A DNA stretch of 64,000 nt, taken from contig OX597822.1 of NCBI GenBank assembly GCA_951406725.2, positions 62,682,001-62,746,000 of the forward strand, given 5' to 3'. Shown one piece after another: positions 1 through 13,388 of this stretch. The DNA is from Octopus vulgaris (lineage: Eukaryota). A program made the translations under genes and the position numbers. Position 1 is the first letter of the stretch; every line of letters begins with the position of its first letter. Below the pieces are notes generated by a model that was given only the letters and a program-made list of their open reading frames with translations, did not search any database and was not told where the DNA came from.

Positions 1-706
1 GCCATGCTGGGGCACCGCCATTTGGTGTTGCTACTTGGTTTCACTTCATGGAGGCTTTCTAGCAACTGCTATTTGGTGCATGAGAGAGTTCGATGCAGCT
101 GCCCTCATCTGCCCCTCCTGCCGTGAAGTTGGTTTATCTGGGACACCTGACAGGAAGAGATCCAGCTTCATTTTAAAGACATCTGTATCCACCCCATGCA
201 GGTCTCTCAGGTTCTTCGGGAGGATATTGAAGAGCTGTGGGCCTCGGAAGCCCAGGCTATCACAGAATCTTGTCCTACATCTTGATGGCAGGTTTGGAGT
301 CCTAGGCACCACGCAGTGGCGCCCAGTTCTGGCATTTGCGTAACTCTCGATGCCAAAGTTCAGGACACTTCCCTCCAGGATCTTCCAGATGTATATTATG
401 GCATATCTTTCCCGCCTACGCTCCAGGGAATATAATTTTAATCTCTTGAGTCTTTCCCAGTAGCTTACATTCTGCATAGAGGCTATCTTCTTTGTGTAGC
501 TTCGTTGGATCGCCTCAAGTTATGTGATCAACTTGACACTGGATGGTGACCATAGCTGAGAGCAATAGTCAAAGTGACTTAGGACAAGTGTCTTCCAGAG
601 GACCATCATGGTTTCTTGTTCTCTTGTTCTAAAGGTTCTAAGAATCCATCCAGCCAGCCGTCTACATTTCATTGTCAGTTTAGCAACATGTACATGAAAG
701 GTCGCG
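1..706 (-). mobile_element. CR1/L2-group non-LTR retrotransposon, 5'-truncated 3' end (post-RT C-terminal region plus 3' UTR), disrupted frame
   Basis: ORF pieces 520..706 (GWILRTF...[15 protein letters not shown]) and 46..477 (LKLYSLERRRERYAIIYIWK...GPQLFNILP...FKMKLDLFLSGVPDKP) are the typical CR1/L2-type ORF2 C-terminus. The 5' end is cut off at a (TA)n array. Confidence 0.9.
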
Positions 707-812
707 TATATATATATGTATATATATATGTATATATATGTATATATATATATACACATGTATATATATATGTATATATATATATGTATATATATATATG
801 TATATATATATG

Positions 813-843
<31 letters not shown>

Positions 844-1007
844 GTATATATATATATGTATATATATATGAATATATGTATATATATATATGTATATATA
901 ATATATATATATATATATGTGTGTGTGTATATATATGTATATATATATATGTGTGTATATATATATGTATAAATATATGTATATATATATGTATATATAT
1001 GTATATA

Positions 1008-1040
<33 letters not shown>

Positions 1041-1239
1041 GTATATATATATGTATATATATCTGTATATATATGTGTATAAATATATATGTATATATCT
1101 GTATGTATATATATCTGTATATATATATGTATATATATATATGTATATATATCTGTATGTATATATATGTATATATATCTGTATGTATATATATGTATAT
1201 ATATCTGTATATATGTGTATATATATGTATATATATATG

Positions 1240-1289
<50 letters not shown>

Positions 1290-1292
1290 TAT
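707..1292. repeat. Compound (TA)n/(TATG) microsatellite array
   Basis: Directly visible. Confidence 0.98.
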
Positions 1293-1510
1293 GTGGAGGC
1301 GCAATGGCCTAGTGGTTAGGGCAGCGGACTTGCGGTCGGAGGATCGCGGTTTCGATTCCCAGACCGGGCGTTGTGTGTGTTTATTGAGCGAAAAAAACAC
1401 CTAAAAGCTCCACGAGGCTCCGGCAGGAGGTGGTGATCCCTGCTGTACTCTTTCACCACTCTAAAAGGCGGTGCTCCAGCATGGCCGCAGTCAAATGACT
1501 GAAACAAGTA

Positions 1511-1543
<33 letters not shown>
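1293..1543 (+). mobile_element. tRNA-derived SINE, family A head with family B-type 3' tail and poly(A)
   Basis: Pol III A-box TGGCCTAGTGG and B-box-like GGTTTCGATTCCC; tail GGCGGTGCTCCAGCATGGCC...GAAACAAGTA; A-run 1512-1543; the same head recurs 6 more times in the window. Confidence 0.9.
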
Positions 1544-1572
<29 letters not shown>

Positions 1573-1810
1573 TATGTATATATATATGTATATATATATA
1601 TGTATATATATATGTATATATATATATATGTATATATATATGTATATATATATATGTATATATATATATGTATATATATATGTATATATATATGTATATA
1701 TATATGTATATATATATGTATATATATATGTATATATATATATATGTGTGTGTATATATATATGTATATATATATGTGTGTATATATATATATGTATATA
1801 TATATATATA

Positions 1811-1888
<78 letters not shown>

Positions 1889-1941
1889 GTATATATATAT
1901 ATGTATATATGTATGTATATATATGTATATATATATATATG

Positions 1942-1990
<49 letters not shown>

Positions 1991-2304
1991 TTATATATGT
2001 ATAATATTAATTAGAGACAAAACCACTATTTTGCAAAACAAACAAGGAAAGACTTAATCAATACATAAGATTTTAATAAAAATATATCTGTATATATATA
2101 TGTATATATATATATATGTATATATATGTATATATATCTGTATGTATATATATGTATATATATCTGTATGTATATATATGTATATATATCTGTGTATATA
2201 TGTATATATATGTATATATATATGTATATATATATATGTATATATATGTATATATATATACATATGTATATATATATATGTATATATATATGTATATATA
2301 TATG

Positions 2305-2359
<55 letters not shown>

Positions 2360-2368
2360 GTATATATG

Positions 2369-2413
<45 letters not shown>

Positions 2414-2512
2414 ATATATATGTATATATATATGTGTGTGTACATATATGTATATATATATGTGTGTATATATATATGTATATATATATGTATATATATA
2501 TGTATATATATG

Positions 2513-2545
<33 letters not shown>

Positions 2546-2808
2546 GTATGTATATATATGTATATATATCTGTATATATATGTGTATAAATATATATGTA
2601 TATATATATATGTATATATATGTATATATATCTGTATGTATATATATGTATATATATCTGTATGTATATATATGTATATATATCTGTATATATGTGTATA
2701 TATATGTATATATATATGTATATATATATATGTATATATATATATATGTATATATATATGTATATATATATATGTATATATATATATATGTATATATATA
2801 TGTATATG
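1544..2808. repeat. Compound (TA)n/(TATG) array interrupted by a PLE-type fragment at about 2003-2085
   Basis: Visible; 2006-2080 is a close copy of about 5382-5450 (GAGACAAAACCACTATTTT...AAACAAGGAAAGACTTAATCAATACATAA). Confidence 0.95.
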
Positions 2809-3969
2809 TACTTACTTTACTTTGATACTTTGATAGGTTTCGGCCATTATTGGCCCAGGCCATGTCTAACTTAATAGCACCACCTGGTGAAGTCTTTCAA
2901 GTCAGAATTTGGGCACTATGGCCCACTCAAGTAGAGAGTTATTGTTTACAGAGACATATCCGGGTGTAGGGGGTTTATCCGGGATTTCTTGAAGGAATCT
3001 GTCCAAAGACTTCTTGAACCCTATAGGGTCAGTTTCTGTTTTAATGTGTTTTGGTGTAATGTTAAAGAGAGCGGGGCCAATTGAGGTGAAATAATTGTGC
3101 CGTATTGTTGTTATGAGATGAGAGTGCGATTTTTGTTTTGGGCGGATGGCACGGGGCCCAAGCCTTGGATGTACCTTAAAGGTGATGCCAACATCATTTG
3201 GGCAATGCTGATGGAATATTTTCCACATCATGCAGATGATGTAGCGCTCACGACGACGTTGGAGAGAATAGAGTTTTAGCTTTTCTAGTCGACCCCAATA
3301 GTCGAGGCCTGTCATGCCATCTATCTTTTTTGTGATTGCCCTTTGAGGTGCTTCGACTTTTTTGATACCTTGTATTGTGTGGGGAGACCACAGTGGACAA
3401 CAGTATTCAAGGTGGGGTCGGGCAAAAGTGGAGAAGAGAAGGATAATGGTGTGGATATCTCTCGACTGGAAAGTTCTGAGAATCCAGGAACACATTCTGC
3501 GGGCCATGTCAACTTTGGTGTTTATATGAGTGGCCCAGCTTACGTTGTTGTCCACAATTTCTCCCAAGTCTCTGATGTTGTTGGACGCCGCGAGAGTTTC
3601 ACCTGAAGGAAGGGAGTATGGGAGTTTCAGGGCATCCTCTTTTCCAAAGTGGATTAGCTCAAATTTATCCTCGTTCAGCAGCATATTGTTTTTTTCTGCC
3701 CATTGGATAACAGCCAGTAGATCTGACTGAAGGCATGACCGGTCACTCGCCTCATTTATGACCTTCTGTAGCTTGGAGTCATCTGCAAAGATTTTTATGT
3801 TGCTGTGCTTGATGATGTCATTAATGTCATTAATGTAAATGATGAAAAGAAGTGGGCCCAGCACAGTGCCTTGCGGAACGCCACTACTGACTTTGGCTGG
3901 GCTTGATTTTACCCCTTCAACTACAACATGTTGAGATCTGTCTGTCAGGAAACACTTAATCCATTTCAG
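2809..3969 (-). mobile_element. CR1/L2-group LINE, 5'-truncated, with uninterrupted RT C-terminal frame, short 3' UTR and (AAAGT)-type tail
   Basis: Open frame 3969->2902: ...[20 protein letters not shown]...KIFADDSKL...[13 protein letters not shown]...[13 protein letters not shown]; tail TATCAAAGTATCAAAGTAAAGTAAGTA. Confidence 0.95.
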
Positions 3970-5292
<1,323 letters not shown>

Positions 5293-5468
5293 AATAATAA
5301 ATATTAGGGAATGAATCCAAAATTACAGGGAAAAATCAGATTTAGGGTTAAATCCAATTTTATAGTAAAATATTATATAATATAATTCGAGACAAAACCA
5401 CTATTTTAAAATCAAACAAGGAAAGACTTAATCAATACATAAAATTTTAATATAAATTAAATAAACCG

Positions 5469-5512
5469 CCACTACAATTGTTTCCTGTCTTCTACTGACA
5501 TTCTTCAGGTGG
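5469..5512 (-). ncRNA. Minimal type-I hammerhead ribozyme motif (mirror copy)
   Basis: Reverse complement of 5581-5624. Confidence 0.75.
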
Positions 5513-5580
5513 ATTTTCTATCTTCTAATCAGTATCAAATTATGAAGTCATAATTTGATACTGATTAGAAGATCGAAAAT

Positions 5581-5624
5581 CCACCTGAAGAATGTCAGTA
5601 GAAGACAGGAAACAATTGTAGTGG
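5581..5624 (+). ncRNA. Minimal type-I hammerhead ribozyme motif
   Basis: CCAC-CUGAAGA-A.UGUC(AGUAGAA)GACA.G-GAAA-CAAUUG-UA-GUGG; stem I CCAC/GUGG, palindromic stem III, GUA triplet; base of stem II is an A.G mismatch. Confidence 0.75.
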
Positions 5625-5717
5625 CGATTTATTTAATTTATATTAAAATTTTATGTATTGATTAAGTCTTTCCTTGTTTGATTTTAAAATAGTGGTTTTG
5701 TCTCGAATTATATTATA

Positions 5718-6243
<526 letters not shown>

Positions 6244-7624
6244 GTGTATGCTTGAGATTATATGGTAGATACGTATTTTCTCTTCACATGTGTTAGTGAC
6301 ATGTTTTTATATTTTCAGTGCTGTTCAGCTATGTACCAGGTTATTTATCATGAGCACTAAAAAAAAAAGACACAAAACTATACCGTTACTTAACTTCTAA
6401 ACTAATATATCGAGCGCTTGTAAGTATCGTGTACTTCAAATTAGATCGGTTGAAATGTGTTGCGCTCAGAACACAAACACTCATAGACACATACGCAAAA
6501 ATCATTACAGTTTTATTTTTTAACTTTTGTCTTTTTTATTTTTACCTTTTGCCGCTCTTCTTTTGCTGCCGCTAATTTACAAGGACGTAAACTATCTTAC
6601 ACCAGTTATCATATATACATGCGTATACAGATATATATATATATATACATGCGTATACAGATATATATATATACATGTGTGTGTGTGTGTGTGTGAGTGA
6701 GAGAGAGAGAGAGCATGCAAAACATCTGAATGTATATCTAGGTATCGATTAAACTTTCTCTCTATTTGTATATCTATCAATCGATTTATCTATCTACCTA
6801 TCTCTCTATCCATCCGTTTATATGTCTATTTATCTATCAGTGTGTACCAGGGCAGCGGATTGATAGAATAGTTAGCCGGTGGTGGGGAAAATTGATTTGC
6901 GTTGTTTTGTTCAGAACCTTTACGTTGTGGGTTCACATCTCAGGGAGATCAAATTTTAGTTTCATGCTCCTGGCATCATTAATTAAAGCACCAGTCAGTA
7001 CTGGTGTCGATGGCCACGACTAACCCTCTTCCCTTAAAGTTGCTAACTTTCTTCCGTAAGCAGAAACAGTATGTCTGTATGTATGTTTAAGGTTATATTT
7101 TAACCCATAAAGCGCTGGGATTTGCACCCTCAAAGCATGAACTGCAGAGCACATTTTATGAAAATGAGACTACCATGCGCACATAAAAAAAACCCATTAA
7201 AAGAAATGTTAAAATATCTTCTTAGTATATAATGTTGGCAAGTTTTACATCATCTGAAAAGTCATTAGTTGAACTATTAGTCTTCTTGCATTCTGGGGGG
7301 TGTCGGAGCGTTTGAGTGACATTAGACCCCCAACAAACGACCATAAATTAAATACATCTATCTGGGCCACGATCGAGGGTTGTCGACCTGTGCCTGACAG
7401 ACACGGTCGTGGCCCGTTGCGCTTTGTGTGTTAAAAGTAATTTTAAGTAAAACCACAAAACAATTACTGATTGGGAGATGCAATACTAAAAATAGCGTTA
7501 TATTTGTTATAAAAATCGTTTCAACAACGGTCTATAAAGTTCTGCCTGACCTCATTTGTCAGCGGGGCATCCCGAGGACTGCATTAAGATTTGCTTACCT
7601 ATAGAAGAGATGCTATACATATTG

Positions 7625-7780
7625 GCGCCGGTGTAACTGTGTTGTAAGAAGGTTGCTTCCCAACAATATGGTTTTGGTTTCAGTCCCACTGCGTGGCACC
7701 TTCGGCAAGTGTTTTCTACTATAGCCGTGTCCGATCAGATCCTTGTGAATGGATTTGGTAGACGAAGCTGAAAGAAACAC
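7625..7780 (+). mobile_element. SINE family B, 5' part
   Basis: GGTTTCAGTCCCACTGCGTGGCACC...GGATTTGGTAGACG matches the head of full copies at 42905 and 51417. Confidence 0.8.
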
Positions 7781-7789
7781 ATTATATAT

Positions 7790-8180
7790 TCTTTTCTGCT
7801 CTAGGTACAAGACCCGAAGTTTTGGGGGAGGGATCCTGTCGATTAGATCGACCTCAGTACACAACTGGTACTTAATTTATCGACCCCGAAAGGATGAAAA
7901 ATAAAGTCGGCCTCGGCGGTATTTGATCTCAGAACGTAAAGACATACGAAATACCTATTTCTTTACTACCCACAAGGGGCTAAACACAGACGAGACAAAC
8001 AAGGACAGAAAAACGGACTAAGTCGATTATATCGACCCCAGTGTGTAACTGGTACTTAATTTATCGACCCCGAAAGGATGAAAGGCAAAGTCGACCTCGG
8101 CGGAATTTGAACTCAGGACGAAAAGACAAACGAGATACAGCTAAGCATTTCGTCCGGCGTGCTAACGTTTCTGCCCGCTC
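7790..8180 (-). mobile_element. SINE family D (MetaSINE-like), two tandem units
   Basis: Reverse complement of GCCTTTCATCCTTTCGGGGTCGATAAATTAAGTACCAG twice; tRNA-like head GGCAGAAACGTTAGC...GAGTTCAAATTCC. Confidence 0.85.
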
Positions 8181-8194
8181 GACTTTACATATTG

Positions 8195-8460
8195 TGTGTG
8201 TATATATATCTGTGTGTTTGTTTCCCTCCTCCACTCCCCACACTTGACAACCGATTTTGGGTTGTTTACATCCCCGTAAGAAGCGGTTCGGTAAAAGTGA
8301 TCGATAGAATAAGTACTAGGCTTAAAACGACTTATTTGTAAGTACCAGACTTAGTTTTATGCCTGGTAATTATTCTGTCAGTTTCTTTTGCCGAACAGCT
8401 AAGTAACAGGAACGTAAACAAACCACACTGGTGAGGAGGGAGGGATAAAATGCAACACAC
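8195..8460. mobile_element. Two SINE family B middle fragments in inverted orientation
   Basis: GCGGTTCGGTAAAA...GATAGAATAAGTACTAGGC on + followed by its diverged reverse complement. Confidence 0.7.
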
Positions 8461-8485
8461 ACACACACACACGTGTATGTGTCTG

Positions 8486-8522
<37 letters not shown>

Positions 8523-8527
8523 TATAT

Positions 8528-8818
8528 ATCACCGTGACCGACCAGGCTATCAGATATTGCTACACATCGCTGGTCACAATGCGCTTCGCATTGTTTTAGC
8601 CTTCGAATGACGCCACCCCGCTGGCTAAGCTAGCAGGCCAACAGAAGAAAGAGTGAGAGAATAGTACAGCAGGGATCGCTACCACCCCCTGCCGGAGCCT
8701 TGTGGAGCTTTAGGTGTTTTCGCTCAATAAACACTCACAACGCCCGGTCTGGGAATCGAAACCGCGATCCTACAACCGCGAGTTCACTGCCCTAACCATT
8801 GGCCCATTGCGCCTCCAC
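8528..8818 (-). mobile_element. SINE family A, full length (tail ...GCCTGGTCGGTCACGGTGAT)
   Basis: Collinear with 61556-61858. Confidence 0.9.
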
Positions 8819-8884
8819 AAACACACATACGCGCGCACACACACGCACAGACATATGTATATATATATATATATATATATGTTT

Positions 8885-9075
8885 CATTATTTTACATGTT
8901 TCAGTCATTTGACTGCCGCCCTACTTGAGCGCTGCCTTAAAGTGTTTTAGTCGAACAAATCGACCCCAGGATTTATTCTTTGTAAGCCTAGTACTTATTC
9001 TATCGATCGCTACGGGGACATAAACATGCCAACACCAATTGTCAAGTGGTGATTGTGGGACAGACACAAAGACAC
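8885..9075 (-). mobile_element. SINE family B, 3' half
   Basis: TTATTCTTTGTAAGCCTAGTACTTATTCTATCG shared with other copies. Confidence 0.8.
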
Positions 9076-9106
9076 ACACACACACGTAGATATATACATT
9101 TATATA

Positions 9107-9965
9107 CAGGATGCGATGGGTAAATTGTCATTATATATTTTCAATTTTGCATATTCGCATTGTTTGTTTGTTTTTGATTTTGTCGACTATACAGTATAAT
9201 AGGATCAGTTGGGTATCGTCGGTGAGAAAAACAGCACCTTGATGCAATTCACTCTGCCAGAAATGTGGAAACGACATGCTGTACTGCTTGGTATTCGCAT
9301 CGGAAGCTCCAATACGAACAGATGATGAGCACACAGAACGACTGTTGGCTTGTCGTATCCTCAAAACATGAACCGAAAGTGTGATAAAAATCAAACATTC
9401 AGCCAACATCATGGTGTTTTGGGGTGATTACTAGTGATGGTGACGTTATGCCTCCATTCATCTCCCCACACGGCCTCACACTCAACACAGAGGCCTACAT
9501 CAAGTGCCTGAAGGAGGTAAGGCTGCCCTAGCGCAAAAGGGTGACTGTTGGAAGACCTATGTCTGGCGAAAGGACTCTGCACCATGCCACACTAACAGGA
9601 GAACCCAGTCATCGCTGTCAGACATGTTTCATCACCCCTAACATCTGGCCACCTAACTCTCCAGACTCCAACCCCCTTGATTATTATATGTAGGGCGCAG
9701 TTGAGCGAAAGATCAACAAAACTCTTTGTACACCAAATATTAATTGAAGGCAAGGATTATGGCAATATTCACCAACTTAAACAGGGAGACCATTCAGAAG
9801 AGTTGCAGTAGATTCCAAAGTCGTATGGAGGCTATGGTTGAAGCTAATGGCGATTTTATTGAATAAATTTGGTCTTTAGTATTTCAAGATAAGTTTGTTA
9901 TTTTGGTAAATATATCTGTTAAAATGAAACGTCAGTGTTATTTTCATCTTTGCGTTATTCAGACG
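9107..9965 (+). mobile_element. Decayed Tc1/mariner transposon, maT (DD37D)-like
   Basis: TA|CAGGATG terminus; broken frame reads KHSANIMVF...ITSDGDVMPPF...DSAPCHT...WPPNSPDSNPLDY. Confidence 0.8.
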
Positions 9966-10235
9966 ATCAGTTTCTGTCAACCAAATCCACTCACGAAGCT
10001 TTGGTCGGCACGAAGCTATAGTAGAAGACACTTCACTAAATTGTCACGCAGTGGGACTGAATCCTGAACCATATGTTTGAGAAGCAAGCTTCTTACCACC
10101 TATAGTCACAAATTTACTCACAAGGTAGTGGTCGGTCCGCGGCTATTGCAGAAGTGACCCAAGATGCCGGAGAGTAAGAATGAACTCAAAACTACGTGGT
10201 TACAAAGCGACTTTTTTTAAGTACCCAGCCAAGCC
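9966..10235 (-). mobile_element. Two SINE family B 5' fragments
   Basis: CCAAATCCACTCAC...GCAGTGGGACTGAA...GCAAGCTTCTTACCAC. Confidence 0.7.
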
Positions 10236-10519
10236 TAAACTAATTTTCCTCTTATCATTCTGTTACATTGGTATTTTTCTACTGGTGTTATAATTAAAAC
10301 GAATTACGAATAATTGGGAAATCACAAGCAGGATGAGGAGAACCGGTCACTCACCGACAAATTTCTAGCGTTGTTTTGGCATTAAAAACACTTTCATTTC
10401 AATACAGGCTTATACATCAGATCCAAAATTGTCACACACACACACACACTCACCCACCATAAATGTGTTATCGCTCACATCCCTATCTACCCTTTTGTGT
10501 TAACTTAACTTTTTATTGT

Positions 10520-10676
10520 CCCGTAAGAAGGTTTCGATTCCCAGACCGGGCATTGTGAGTGTTTATTGAGCAAAAACACCTAAACTCCATGAGGCTCCGG
10601 CGGGGGGGGGGGATGAACCCCGCTGTCCTATTTCACTACAACTTTCTCTCACTCTTTCTTCCTAATTCTGCCACAA
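10520..10676 (+). mobile_element. SINE family A, partial
   Basis: GGTTTCGATTCCCAGACCGGGC...GTTTATTGAGC...GAGGCTCCGGC. Confidence 0.8.
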
Positions 10677-10689
10677 GTACTGGGGACAA

Positions 10690-11290
10690 TATTCTTTTCT
10701 ACTCTCGGCACAAGGCATGAAGTATTTGGGGGAGGGGACCAGTCTATTAGGTTGACCCCAGTACGCAACTTGTACTTAATTTATCGACCCCGAAAGGATG
10801 AAAGGCAAATTCGGCCTCGGCAGAATTTGAACTCAGAACATAAAAACAGACGAAATACCTATTTCTTTACTACCCACAAGGGGCTAAACACAGAGAGGAC
10901 AAACAAGGACAGATAAACGGATTAAGTCGATTATATCGACCCCAGTGTGTAACTAGTATTTATTTAATCGACCCCGAAAGCATGAAAGGCAAGGTCGACC
11001 TCGGCGGAATTTGAAGTATTTAACTGTTATTTTTTTATCGACCCCGATAAGATGAAAAGCAAAATCGAACACAGCGAAATTTGAACTCAGAACGTAAAGA
11101 CGGCCGAAGTGCCGTTCAGCGTTTTGTCTGGCTTGCTAACGTTTTTTATTTCTTTACTGCCCACATGGGGCTAAACATAGAGGGTACAAACAAGGACAGA
11201 CAAAGGGATTAAGTCGATTACATCGACCCCAGTGCGTAACTGGTATTTATTCCTCAAAAATTACTGGCCTTGTGCCAAAATTTGAAATTA
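10690..11290 (-). mobile_element. SINE family D, cluster of 3-4 tandem/nested units
   Basis: Repeated ATCGACCCCGAAAGGATGAAAGGC and CCCACAAGGGGCTAAACA blocks. Confidence 0.85.
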
Positions 11291-11340
11291 TTATAAGGTG
11301 TTATTGCTTGGTACTTAGAACCGGTACAGCAACAGTAAGG

Positions 11341-11399
11341 GTGGAGGCGCAATGGCCCAGTGGTTAGGGCAGCAGACACGCAGTCGTAAGAGCGCGGTT
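11341..11399 (+). mobile_element. SINE family A head only
   Basis: GTGGAGGCGCAATGGCCCAGTGGTTAGGGCAGC. Confidence 0.8.
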
Positions 11400-11414
11400 T
11401 ACAAGAACTTCTGA

Positions 11415-11550
11415 CGGTGTATTTTTCGCTTGTCACTGTTATTTATGACAACCCAAACCCTAAAACCCTAACCCTAAAACCTTAAAGCTAAAACCAGTAC
11501 AAACTTACGAACTATGTCATAAATAACAGTGACAAATGAAAAATATACCG
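11415..11550. repeat. 36-bp inverted repeat enclosing a degenerate telomere-like (CCCTAA) tract; probably part of a non-autonomous DNA element
   Basis: Arms 11415-11450 and 11515-11550 (3 mismatches); spacer ACCCAAACCCTAAAACCCTAACCCTAAAACC. Confidence 0.8.
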
Positions 11551-11879
11551 CCGATAGTTGTTAACAAACAACGGCAGTAATTTTATTTAGCTGAATACAC
11601 GTCATTGATTGGTTGAAATTACCGAAATAGGCCTACTTTAACGTGAAATCACTTCGTAAATATAAGTTTTTTTCAAAAATGCTAAGAGTAAAAGATGTTT
11701 TATATGACACATTCTACCAGTGACCGAAATTTGAAAGTGTTTAGTCACAAAAAATCATTTTTTAAATATGTACATGAAAAGGTAAAGATCCAATTTACAT
11801 CCCATAAGTGGTACATACCATGTATAGCAGATACATAAACAGGACAAATTTAGCTAGATATGAGTGTCTTAGCTTTTGT

Positions 11880-12062
11880 GTTCGCCACACAACATGACGG
11901 TTGACGACAGTCCCCGTAACTGAGCGGTTCGGCAAAAGACACATATAGAACATGTACCAGATTTTTTTTTTAAATGTAAGTACTAAGATCGACCTTTTCA
12001 ACTAAAAGCAGTGCTCCAGTATGGCAGCAGATCTGTGACTGAAACAAGTAAAAGATAAAAGA
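11880..12062 (+). mobile_element. SINE family B, 3' half, diverged
   Basis: CCCCGTAACTGAGCGGTTCGGCAAAAGA...GACTGAAACAAGTAAAAGATAAAAGAG. Confidence 0.75.
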
Positions 12063-12397
12063 GGAAACGGTAAACTACACAAGGTTTGCTTTGTAAAAAT
12101 CCTTGAATATCAAACACATCCTTCCTGACTAGAAGGTTAAAATAATATTTGCATCTATTTACGATCGCAATTTTATATTTCTAGTTCGATCTAGCCGAAA
12201 TTGATTTTACTTTTAACCATTCTGAGGTCTATAAAATAAAAACTGGTCTAGCAATTCATGTGATAAAATCAACTCTATATTGACTATGCATTGTGCTAAG
12301 GAACGCCGGACCGAGAGTCTCGGCAGCGTTGATACTTGCATGCCTGCGTGATGTATCAGAAAGTTACATATGCCTACTTTCATAAAATTTGCCTGAC

Positions 12398-12610
12398 CTA
12401 CCCTCGCGTGTGTACCGTTGGCGATTTTTTTTTCCTCCGTCTTCCCTTCTCTGGATCTTTCCTTTTCTTATGTTTCTGACGAAGAGCTCCGCTCGATACG
12501 TTAAACCCTCCTTCTTCCCTTCCTTCCTGAGCGTCCAATAATACTATAGTTGTTCCACGTCCTCGCGGTGTTGTGTATCCTCTTTGTGTTTTCATGTTTG
12601 GATTAACCAT
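12398..12610 (+). mobile_element. PLE-type terminal fragment with variant hammerhead motif (12472-12506)
   Basis: GUUU-CUGACGA-A-GAGC(UCC)GCUC-GAUA-CG-UU-AAAC; ends at TA repeats; partial second copy at 38640-38733. Confidence 0.65.
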
Positions 12611-12687
12611 ATATATATACATGCACGCACGCACGCGCGCGCGTATATTAGTCAACGGACGACATCAGAGATTCTCGGTATAGAAAA

Positions 12688-12780
12688 CTTCTTCTTAATC
12701 CTTTTTTCCCCTTGTGGAGCATAGGGCATCAACAGTTGTTTTCCACTTTTTGCGGTCATTAGCGTGTTTATTGGCTGCTT
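12688..12780 (-). mobile_element. RTE-type LINE extreme 3' end
   Basis: Translates HANDRKKWKTTVDALCSTRGKKD* followed by an AAGAAG tail. Confidence 0.65.
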
Positions 12781-13167
12781 GTGTTTATTGAAAACTGTGT
12801 GGACACCCGTCGTACATACAAATATATTTGTGTAATCCTTTTTCTGTCTGTGTATGTCCCCATAATCCCCTTCGTAACCGGTGTTGATTCATTTACGTTC
12901 CCGTAACTTAGTAGTCTTCAGCTGAAGAGACAGAATAAGCACGAGACTTTACCAAATATAAATGTATTGAGCTCTATTTGCTCGACTAAAAATCATAGTC
13001 CAATGGTTGAAACAACTACAATAACAAATGTGTGTGAGTATTTAGATACAGATATATCTGTGTGTGTGTTTCAGTTTTTTTAGCACAAGGCCAGCGATTT
13101 CGGGGACGGAACTATTCGATTGCATCGACCCCAGGACGCAACTGTCACTTACTTGCACATATATATA

Positions 13168-13325
13168 TTCTTTATTTTCTCTCCTTGTTTCTTTCTGTGG
13201 AAGAGCGTAGGCTCGAAACGTTAAAGACTCTTTTACTTTCCGAGCGTTATACTAATACATCTGTTTGTTGTCTACACTACCTGTCTTCGTCTTTTGTTTT
13301 TCTTTTTTTTTTGTGAATTTTATCT
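13168..13325 (+). mobile_element. PLE-type terminal fragment with variant hammerhead motif (13191-13226)
   Basis: CUUU-CUGUGGA-A-GAGC(GUAG)GCUC-GAAA-CG-UU-AAAG; related to 12398-12610. Confidence 0.6.
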
Positions 13326-13345
13326 CTCTCTCTCTCATTCTCTTT

Positions 13346-13388
<43 letters not shown>

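Noticed and set aside
1293-1368. tRNA-like sequences at SINE heads
   Set aside because: A/B boxes are present but there is no proper acceptor stem and they continue into SINE bodies; not tRNA genes
7099-7590. TTAA-CCC start suggesting a piggyBac-like element
   Set aside because: No convincing matching right TIR
7592-7612. Minus-strand TCTCTTCTATAG|GTAAGC, a possible recursive splice site or donor
   Set aside because: A single short motif is expected by chance in 64 kb and no host gene is identified
10740-11250. Regularly recurring ATCGACCCC repeats resembling a CRISPR array
   Set aside because: The intervening sequences are themselves repeats of SINE family D; eukaryotic context and no cas genes
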